Of a DNA stretch of 55,711 nucleotides, positions 9,362 to 15,704 are shown in pieces. The translations under genes were made by a program, and so were the position numbers. The stretch is from Minisyncoccota bacterium. Its GTDB lineage: Bacteria > Patescibacteriota > Minisyncoccia > UBA6257 > 2-01-FULL-56-20. The first letter of the stretch is position 1. Each line of letters starts with the position of its first letter. The DNA is taken from contig DATKNL010000004.1 of the NCBI GenBank assembly GCA_035541435.1, positions 1-55,711 of the forward strand, given 5' to 3'. The notes below the pieces were generated by a model that was not told the DNA's origin, ran no database searches, and saw only the letters and a list, made by a program, of their open reading frames with translations.

Positions 9362-10222
9362 TCATTCGTGCTCGCTCCTGATCTTGCCGCGCAGCGTGCG
9401 GAGTTCGGCAAGCGCCTTCTTCGCCTCGCCGGGCTTGAACGGCTTCGAATGCCACAGATAGTCGTTCTCCATGAAGTCGACGCCCTTGCCGGGAATCGTG
9501 TGCGCCAGGATCGCGGTCGGCTTCTCATAGACCGCCTTCGCCTCGGCGACCGCCGATACGATCTCCTCTATATTATGGCCGTCGATCTCGATCACGTGCC
9601 AGTTGAACGCCTCGTATTTCGCGCGGAACGGCTCGAGCGGCATCACGTCCTCGGTGAAGCCGTCGATCTGGATGTTGTTGCGGTCGAGGATGACCGTCAG
9701 GTTGTTCAGTTTGTATTTGCCCGCGAACATGATGCCTTCCCACGTGTTCCCCTCTTCGTGCTCGCCATCGGACGCCACGCAATAGACCTGGTATTTCTTC
9801 CTGTCGAGCCGACCGGCATAGGCCATGCCCGCCGCCTGCGAGATGCCCGAACCGAGCGGCCCCGAGGTCGTCTCGACACCCGGCAGCACGCCCCGATGCG
9901 GGTGTCCCTGCAGGCGCGATCCGAATTGCCGGAGCGTGTCGAGTTCCGCCACCGGGAAATAGCCGGCGTGCGCAAGCGCGGCGTACTGGATCGGGCACGC
10001 ATGGCCGTTCGACAAAACCAGCCGGTCGCGGTCGGGCCAGTCCGGCTTCTTCGGGTCATGGTTCATCACATGGAAATAGAGCGTCGCAAAGATCTCGGCC
10101 ATGCCGAGCGGTCCGGCGATATGGCCCGATCCCGCCTCGGAGACCATGCGGATCACGTCCTCGCGCAGGCGGTTCGCCGTGAGTTCAAGCTGCTTGGTCT
10201 GCTTTTCGCTGAGGGCGAGCAT
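9362..10222 (-). CDS. tkt: transketolase, N-terminal (TPP-binding) subunit
   Basis: 286 aa; GSGHIAGPLG and GDGEHEEGN TPP-binding motifs. Confidence 0.9.
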   Translation of the reverse strand: MLALSEKQTKQLELTANRLREDVIRMVSEAGSGHIAGPLGMAEIFATLYFHVMNHDPKKPDWPDRDRLVLSNGHACPIQYAALAHAGYFPVAELDTLRQFGSRLQGHPHRGVLPGVETTSGPLGSGISQAAGMAYAGRLDRKKYQVYCVASDGEHEEGNTWEGIMFAGKYKLNNLTVILDRNNIQIDGFTEDVMPLEPFRAKYEAFNWHVIEIDGHNIEEIVSAVAEAKAVYEKPTAILAHTIPGKGVDFMENDYLWHSKPFKPGEAKKALAELRTLRGKIRSEHE

Positions 10223-10245
10223 GTCAATGGTTGGTTAATGATTCT

Positions 10246-10890
10246 TTAAATTTCCTCAAGGGCCCTGAAGGCGGCCGCAGGGTCGGGACTGTCGAAAAGA
10301 TAGTGCGTCGTGACGAGCGTGTCCGCGCCGGCCGATTTCACGAGTTTGGCCGTCTCGAGGTTCACGCCCCCATCAACTTCAATTGTAGCATCCGGCGAAA
10401 CCTCCCTCAAAAACCTGATCTTTTCGAGCGTGACGGGAAGGAACGCCTGCCCGGGCGCCCCGGGGTTCACCGACAGGACCTCGAACAGCGTGAATTCGCG
10501 GACGTAGGGCTCGAGTTCGAGATAGTGCGTCTCGGGCCGGGACGTGAGCATGAGCTCGCCCCGGTACCGGTCGGCGACCTGGCGGAGCGAATGCAGCACG
10601 TCGCGCGAAAGCGTCTCGACGTGCACGATGAGCCGCCGCGCGCCGGCGGCGAACCAATCCTCGGCATAATCGAGCGGAAGCTCGACCATGAGGTGCACCT
10701 CGAGCAGATAAGGTGCGCCGAGACGGGACCACCCGTGCGGATGGTTCCAGATCTTGTAAGAGCTGAAGGCGCCGTCGGTCACGTCGCCGTGCACGAACGA
10801 TCCCTCGGGCAGGAAGCCGCGAAGCGTCTCGATCTTCTTCCGCGCGCACGCCTCGTCCTCGCAGTTTACGGACGGAATGACGTGCATCAT
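10246..10890 (-). CDS. rpe: ribulose-phosphate 3-epimerase (divergent)
   Basis: HGDVTDG, EVHLMV, VNPGAPGQAF and IEVDGGVN align with RPE motifs; ATGA overlap with rpiB stop. Confidence 0.8.
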   Translation of the reverse strand: MMHVIPSVNCEDEACARKKIETLRGFLPEGSFVHGDVTDGAFSSYKIWNHPHGWSRLGAPYLLEVHLMVELPLDYAEDWFAAGARRLIVHVETLSRDVLHSLRQVADRYRGELMLTSRPETHYLELEPYVREFTLFEVLSVNPGAPGQAFLPVTLEKIRFLREVSPDATIEVDGGVNLETAKLVKSAGADTLVTTHYLFDSPDPAAAFRALEEI

Positions 10891-11333
10891 CGCTCGTCGG
10901 CGGCTATTTTCTCGATGCGGCGCACGTAGCGCTCCTGCGGGTCGAAGGGCGTCTCGAGGAAGGCCTTGGCGGTCGCAAGCGCCGTCGGCTCGTCCGTGAA
11001 ATCGGCGGCGAGCGCGAGCACGTTCACGTCGTCGTCGCGCCGGCCCGCGGCGACGTGCTCGGGCGACATCGCAAGCGCCGAGCGGATGCCCTTGAACTTG
11101 TTCGCGACGACGTCGACGCCGATGCCCGACCCGCAGATCACGATCCCGCGGTCGTCGGACGGGTGCTCCCCCACCTTGAGCGCGACCGCCTTCGCGAAAT
11201 CGGCATAGTCGTCGTCATGATCCACGACATGATTGCCCAAGTCGACGACCGTGCGGCCGTCAGCCTCAAGTGCCTTCCGGATCGCGTCACGCAACGCGAA
11301 CCCGCGATGATCGGCTCCGAGATAGATGGTCAT
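10887..11333 (-). CDS. rpiB: ribose-5-phosphate isomerase B
   Basis: MTIYLGADHRGF...ICGSGIGVDVVANK; start set at ATG 11333 with TGCTATAAT 6 nt upstream. Confidence 0.9.
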   Translation of the reverse strand: MTIYLGADHRGFALRDAIRKALEADGRTVVDLGNHVVDHDDDYADFAKAVALKVGEHPSDDRGIVICGSGIGVDVVANKFKGIRSALAMSPEHVAAGRRDDDVNVLALAADFTDEPTALATAKAFLETPFDPQERYVRRIEKIAADER

Positions 11334-11339
11334 TCCCTC

Positions 11340-11348
11340 ATTATAGCA
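11340..11348 (-). promoter_or_regulatory. extended -10 TGCTATAAT, 6 nt from ATG 11333 (rpiB)
   Basis: rc of attatagca. Confidence 0.6.
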
Positions 11349-11429
11349 GGCGGTACGGAATGGGCTTGCCAAAAATCCGGCGAAATGGTTCGATGGTGGG
11401 AGTTCGATATCTCATCCGGGAGGTTTGAC

Positions 11430-12143
11430 GTGCGAGTCATGCGAGTCCTCGTCACCGCTTTGTTGCTGGCCGTCCCGCTCATCGGCGTGACCCAGCAGTT
11501 GCCCACCCTTTCCCCGCCCAAGTCCGGATTCACCTGCCTTGAGCGGTCGTTCGTCGAAGCCGACTTCGGCTATGCGGCCCTGCCCGAACTGCTGACCAAG
11601 CTTGGCGATTCGTCCGTTGTCGCCGTCCCGAACGCCTATGGGTTCACCCGAGCGGCGGCGGCCGGATGCGAATTCCACCCGGGCATGCGCGTGAAGTTCG
11701 AATACGCCCGGAACACCATGTCGGGCCGAGGACTCTTCGCTCAGTCCGACGGCAACGCCCATGGCACGTTCGGCCTCGCGCCGACGAGCAGGATGGTCGC
11801 GGTCGAATTCGACCTCTGGCGCACGCACCGGTTCCATCCATTCGTGGGAATCGGCGCGGGACGCACGAGCGTCTTCCATCATTTCGTCGGGAAAAGCGAA
11901 GCGGTCGTGATTTCCGGCGAGAACGCGGAAGACACGTTTGTCGTTCCGCCCCAACCCGTCTCGGATCTCGGCATGGACTACCGCTGGGACATCGCGCCCC
12001 GGTTCGGCGGCCGCTTCGTCCTCAAAAAGAACCTCGAAGCGAGCGGCGCCGTCTATGGCAAGGATTCCCTGAGCGCCGTCTTCGGCATTGCCTGGTTCCC
12101 AACCCAGTTCGTCAACCGCCTCTTCGGACACGTCGAGCGCTAG
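11430..12143 (+). CDS. hypothetical secreted protein (signal peptide)
   Basis: GGGAGG 6 nt before GTG 11430 (ATG 11439 alternative); hydrophobic leader MRVLVTALLLAVPLIG; followed by a bidirectional terminator. Confidence 0.6.
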   Translation: MRVMRVLVTALLLAVPLIGVTQQLPTLSPPKSGFTCLERSFVEADFGYAALPELLTKLGDSSVVAVPNAYGFTRAAAAGCEFHPGMRVKFEYARNTMSGRGLFAQSDGNAHGTFGLAPTSRMVAVEFDLWRTHRFHPFVGIGAGRTSVFHHFVGKSEAVVISGENAEDTFVVPPQPVSDLGMDYRWDIAPRFGGRFVLKKNLEASGAVYGKDSLSAVFGIAWFPTQFVNRLFGHVER

Positions 12144-12148
12144 TTTCA

Positions 12149-12191
12149 AAAAAAACGGCCGTTCACCTCACAGGGTGGACGGCCGATTTTC
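12149..12191. terminator. bidirectional intrinsic terminator between convergent genes
   Basis: 12-bp stem CGGCCGTTCACC/GGTGGACGGCCG (one G-U pair) flanked by an A-run and a T-run. Confidence 0.75.
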
Positions 12192-12215
12192 ATTGAGTGC
12201 GCCGCAGCCCGGCTG

Positions 12216-13247
12216 CTAGAGGATCTCGACGACCTTCTCCGCGTGCTTCACGAGCGTGCTCACGTACCCGGCTTCGTTGTCATACCAGCTGAGCACCTTC
12301 ACCAGGTCGCCGTCGATCACCTTGACGAGGTCGAGCGGGACGATCGCGCCGTACGGCTCGCCCACGATGTCCGACGAGACGATCTGGTCGTTCGTCACCT
12401 TGAGGATGCCGCGCCAGCGGTCAGAATTCGCGGCATCGGTCAGGATCTGCCTGATCTCGTCGACGCTCGTTCCGCGCTTCGCGAGGAAGGTGATGTCCGA
12501 GATGGAACCCGTGATGTTCGGCACCCTGAACGACAGCCCGTCAAACTTGCCCTTGAGGTCGGGAATGGCCCGGGTCACCGAGATCGCCGCGCCGGTCGTT
12601 TCGGGAACGGTGTTGTGCGCCGCCGCGCGGCCCTTCCTGAAATCGTGGCCGCCGCGGATCGGTCCGTCGACGAGCGCCTGGGTCGCCGTATAGGCGTGGA
12701 CGGTCGAAAGCGACGCCTTCACGATGCCCGGATTTTCCGAAAGGATCTGGATCACGGGCGACGCCGAGTTCGTCGTGCACGATCCGTTCGACGTGATCGA
12801 GCACGTGCGCAGCTTGTCCTCGTTCACGCCCACGAGCACGGTCTGACCGTTCTCGCCGTCGTCGTCCTTCGCCGGAGCCGTGATGATGACCCGCTTGGCT
12901 CCCTGGGTGAGGTGCACCTTCGCCTTTTCGTATTCGTCGAACAAGCCCGTCGACTCGACGACGATGTCGATGTTCATGTCCTTCCAGGGAAGCCGGCTCG
13001 GATCCTTCACCTGCAGGAAGGCGATCTCCCGGTTGTCGACATAGAGCTTGCCGTTCGGAAGGTCGGGCCTCACCTCTTTCGCATAGCGGCCGTACACCGA
13101 ATCATACTTAAGAAGATAGGCGAGGTTCTCGACGTCGCCCAGGTCGTTCAGCGCGACGATTTCGAATTTCGGGTTCTCGAACGCGCCCTTGAAGAATAGG
13201 CGACCGACGCGGCCGAAGCCGTTGATGGCGATCCGTGCTTTTTCCAT
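12216..13247 (-). CDS. gap: type I glyceraldehyde-3-phosphate dehydrogenase
   Basis: INGFGRVGR NAD-binding motif and SCTTN active site; 343 aa. Confidence 0.95.
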   Translation of the reverse strand: MEKARIAINGFGRVGRLFFKGAFENPKFEIVALNDLGDVENLAYLLKYDSVYGRYAKEVRPDLPNGKLYVDNREIAFLQVKDPSRLPWKDMNIDIVVESTGLFDEYEKAKVHLTQGAKRVIITAPAKDDDGENGQTVLVGVNEDKLRTCSITSNGSCTTNSASPVIQILSENPGIVKASLSTVHAYTATQALVDGPIRGGHDFRKGRAAAHNTVPETTGAAISVTRAIPDLKGKFDGLSFRVPNITGSISDITFLAKRGTSVDEIRQILTDAANSDRWRGILKVTNDQIVSSDIVGEPYGAIVPLDLVKVIDGDLVKVLSWYDNEAGYVSTLVKHAEKVVEIL

Positions 13248-13253
13248 TCCTTT

Positions 13254-13259
13254 ATTATA
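13254..13259 (-). promoter_or_regulatory. -10 box TATAAT, 6 nt from ATG 13247 (gap)
   Basis: rc of attata. Confidence 0.55.
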
Positions 13260-13269
13260 GAGGGCCTAT

Positions 13270-13764
13270 TCACCCCGCGTCCCTGTGGATAACGGAAACC
13301 GGATCCCCCACCTTGATGCCGTCCCGCGCCACGGTGCCCGCAGGGACTTCAAGCACCCGGTCGGTGCCGCCCGGCGAGGAATAGATCCTGAGCTTCCACA
13401 AAGCATCGCCCGGCTGCGGCTGGGCGTTCTCTGCGAATCCGGCGACGGCATCGTTGGCGATCCAGATGATGTCGATCGCGAAATTCATGTCCTTCATCCA
13501 GAAATGCTGGACGGCGGGCGCGCCGAAGACGAAGAACATGCCGTGCCCGTCCGCAAGGCTCGTGCGATAGGAAAGCCCCGTCATCTGCTCGAGGGTCGTC
13601 GACGCGATCTCGACGGTGAACGTCGCGCGTCCGACCGTCACCTGGTCTTCGGGCAGCGGAGGGTTCGCCCGACTCATCACCACATGCCACCACGTACCGC
13701 CCGCAATGGCGAGCGCGACAAGGATCAGGCCGGCAACGAGAAGCGTCATTTTGTTCGAGAACAT
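13270..13764 (-). CDS. DUF192 domain-containing protein
   Basis: 164 aa, N-terminal TM, GLSYR...GMFFVF...FWMKDM pattern typical of DUF192. Confidence 0.8.
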   Translation of the reverse strand: MFSNKMTLLVAGLILVALAIAGGTWWHVVMSRANPPLPEDQVTVGRATFTVEIASTTLEQMTGLSYRTSLADGHGMFFVFGAPAVQHFWMKDMNFAIDIIWIANDAVAGFAENAQPQPGDALWKLRIYSSPGGTDRVLEVPAGTVARDGIKVGDPVSVIHRDAG

Positions 13765-13772
13765 TTCATTCC

Positions 13773-13778
13773 ATTATA
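13773..13778 (-). promoter_or_regulatory. -10 box TATAAT, 8 nt from ATG 13764 (DUF192)
   Basis: rc of attata. Confidence 0.5.
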
Positions 13779-13819
13779 CGTGCGGCCGGGATCATCTGTG
13801 AATCAGCCCGAAGGCGGCG

Positions 13820-14290
13820 CTAATATTGGATGCCGAACGCAACGATCCCGAAGGCGACCGCCACGTTGAGCGATTCCTTCATGCCCCGCATGGGGATGTC
13901 TGCAACGACGTCGGCAAGGCCGATGATGTCGGGCGGCAAGCCGTCGACCTCGTTCCCCAAAACCAGGGCGATTTTCTCTGATCCGGCGCCCCGCAGGGAC
14001 TGAAACGGCACGGCGCGGTCGGACTGCTCGATCGCCGCGACCATCCATCCCTCGCGCTTCAGGGCTTCGATGGCGGCGGCGGTTTCGGGCTCATGGCTCC
14101 AGGCGACGCTGTTCTCGGCCCCGAGAGCCACCTTGGCGAAATCGGCCCGCACGGCCCCGAACCGGTCGAACGGAGTTGGCGTTATGCCGCAGCAGACGAT
14201 CTTGGCAACCCCAGCCGCATCGGCGGTCCTGAAGATCGATCCCACGTTGTGGACGCTCCTTATATTATGGAGGACGGCCGCAATGGTCAT
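13820..14290 (-). CDS. TrmH/SpoU-family RNA 2'-O-methyltransferase
   Basis: NVGSIFRTA, LVLGNEVDGL and IPMRGMKESLNVAVAFGI SpoU motifs. Confidence 0.85.
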   Translation of the reverse strand: MTIAAVLHNIRSVHNVGSIFRTADAAGVAKIVCCGITPTPFDRFGAVRADFAKVALGAENSVAWSHEPETAAAIEALKREGWMVAAIEQSDRAVPFQSLRGAGSEKIALVLGNEVDGLPPDIIGLADVVADIPMRGMKESLNVAVAFGIVAFGIQY

Positions 14291-14295
14291 GCCCC

Positions 14296-15462
14296 TCAGT
14301 GTAGCGTAAAATCAGCAGCATTGTTATCGGAATCGCCGGGGATCCCGCCGCTCAGCGTACGTGAAAGGATTTGGTTTGCGGCAGGATTCGTCGGGAACGG
14401 CGATCCCTCGACGTATTGGTTCGTGCCGTTCCCCCATGCGACCTCGTCGACGATCGTTCCCGATGCGTTGAGGAGCGCGACGCTGTTGTCGGCCGCGATC
14501 GTTTCGGTGCTCGAGACATCGGCGCCGACCGACGCCGCGAATCCGTTCGCCGAATTCGCCCAGACGAACGATCCGCCCGCCGCGATCGAAGCGCCGCTGC
14601 CGAGCACCTTGAGCGACGCATCGGTGCCGCCGGACGATTTCTTGCGCAGCCGCCAGCCGCCGAGGTCGACCGTCGCGGATGTCGGATTGAAAAGCCTTAC
14701 GAAATCGTTCGATGTCGCCGGGCCCGCGATCTGCACGGCGGCGATCACGACGTGGGTTGCCGCGCAGAAGGTCGAGGCCGTCGACGATGATGTCGTTGCC
14801 GGAACCGAAGAAGTCGCGGACGACGTCGAAACCTGATCCGCGGCCGTCGACGTCGATACGCTCGTTGTCTGGGTTGTCGTGGCGAGCGTACTCGAATCGG
14901 TGGTTGGCGCGGCAGCCGTCGGCACGACGCCAGCCGACGCCGCCGGGACAGGACTCGATGACGGATTCGATGAATTGCCGCCAGGCAATGGTGTGACGGG
15001 TTGCGTCGAAGACGGCGGAGTTGGCGGCGGTGGCCCTTGCGGTGAATTATTTGGCGTCACGGGGGCTGTCGCCGGCGGCTGAAAGGGTTTTTCGCCGGTT
15101 TGAACCGTCGTCGCCGCTTTCGCAACCGATTTCGCACTGCCCGGACTGCCTTTCGCGGCAGGTTTCGGTGGCGGCAGGTCGGGAGCGACATCCAAAAACG
15201 AATGTTCGGTCGAAGTTTCCTCATCGAATGCCGTATCCGAAGCCGTAAAGCCATCATCATCGTCGTCAGGCGGCGAAAAACCGCCGCCGCCCGCGAGGTT
15301 CTGCCACAGTTGCCCGATCATGGCACCGCCCTGGGACGCGATCGACCCTCCAAAGCCAAGCCGGCCCGCAACCATAAGAAGAAGGATGCAAAACGCGGCA
15401 ACGACTGCCGCAGAGACCGCCATTGAACGAGGAACCTTCCGCCGGTTGTCATCGGTGTGCAT
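14296..15462 (-). CDS. lamin tail domain (LTD)-containing membrane-anchored protein
   Basis: N-terminal TM, long P/S/T-rich linker, C-terminal LTD (VQIAGPATSNDFVRLFNPTSATVDLGGWRL). Confidence 0.8.
   Translation of the reverse strand: MHTDDNRRKVPRSMAVSAAVVAAFCILLLMVAGRLGFGGSIASQGGAMIGQLWQNLAGGGGFSPPDDDDDGFTASDTAFDEETSTEHSFLDVAPDLPPPKPAAKGSPGSAKSVAKAATTVQTGEKPFQPPATAPVTPNNSPQGPPPPTPPSSTQPVTPLPGGNSSNPSSSPVPAASAGVVPTAAAPTTDSSTLATTTQTTSVSTSTAADQVSTSSATSSVPATTSSSTASTFCAATHVVIAAVQIAGPATSNDFVRLFNPTSATVDLGGWRLRKKSSGGTDASLKVLGSGASIAAGGSFVWANSANGFAASVGADVSSTETIAADNSVALLNASGTIVDEVAWGNGTNQYVEGSPFPTNPAANQILSRTLSGGIPGDSDNNAADFTLH
14298..14303 (-). promoter_or_regulatory. -10 box TACACT, 7 nt from ATG 14290 (TrmH); overlaps the LTD gene stop
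   Basis: rc of agtgta. Confidence 0.45.
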
Positions 15463-15468
15463 GGCCCA

Positions 15469-15477
15469 ACCCTATCA
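15469..15477 (-). promoter_or_regulatory. extended -10 TGATAGGGT, 6 nt from ATG 15462 (LTD protein)
   Basis: rc of accctatca; fits TGnTAnnnT. Confidence 0.4.
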
Positions 15478-15603
15478 CGGCGAAGATTAAGAGGATCTTA
15501 AAAAACGTGTCAAGCCGGAACGGGGCGGAAGCCGTGCGCGAGAGCTGAATTTTACGACAGAAGACGGGCGTTTTTCCTGAGGAAAATTTCTATTCCGACA
15601 CAA

Positions 15604-15634
15604 TCCCCCGAAATCGCAAAATTCCCCCGAAAAT
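15604..15634 (+). repeat. direct repeat TCCCCCGAAA(A)T x2 upstream of nrdA
   Basis: 15604-15614 and 15623-15634, 19-nt period; related CCCTCGGGAATTCCGG at 15645-15660. Confidence 0.7.
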
Positions 15635-15671
15635 TTTCCACAGGCCCTCGGGAATTCCGGTCGCCATGGTG

Positions 15672-15677
15672 TAGAAT
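15672..15677 (+). promoter_or_regulatory. candidate -10 TAGAAT for nrdA (27-nt SD-less leader)
   Basis: Only -10-like hexamer near the nrdA start; no good -35. Confidence 0.35.
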
Positions 15678-15704
15678 AGTTTTACCTTAACCATCCCAAA
15701 CCTC

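Noticed and set aside
15581-15704. NrdR boxes or a cobalamin riboswitch upstream of nrdA
   Set aside because: The repeats are direct TCCCCCGAAA units, not the roughly 16-bp AT-rich palindromes recalled for NrdR. The leader after the -10 is only about 27 nt, which is too short for a riboswitch.
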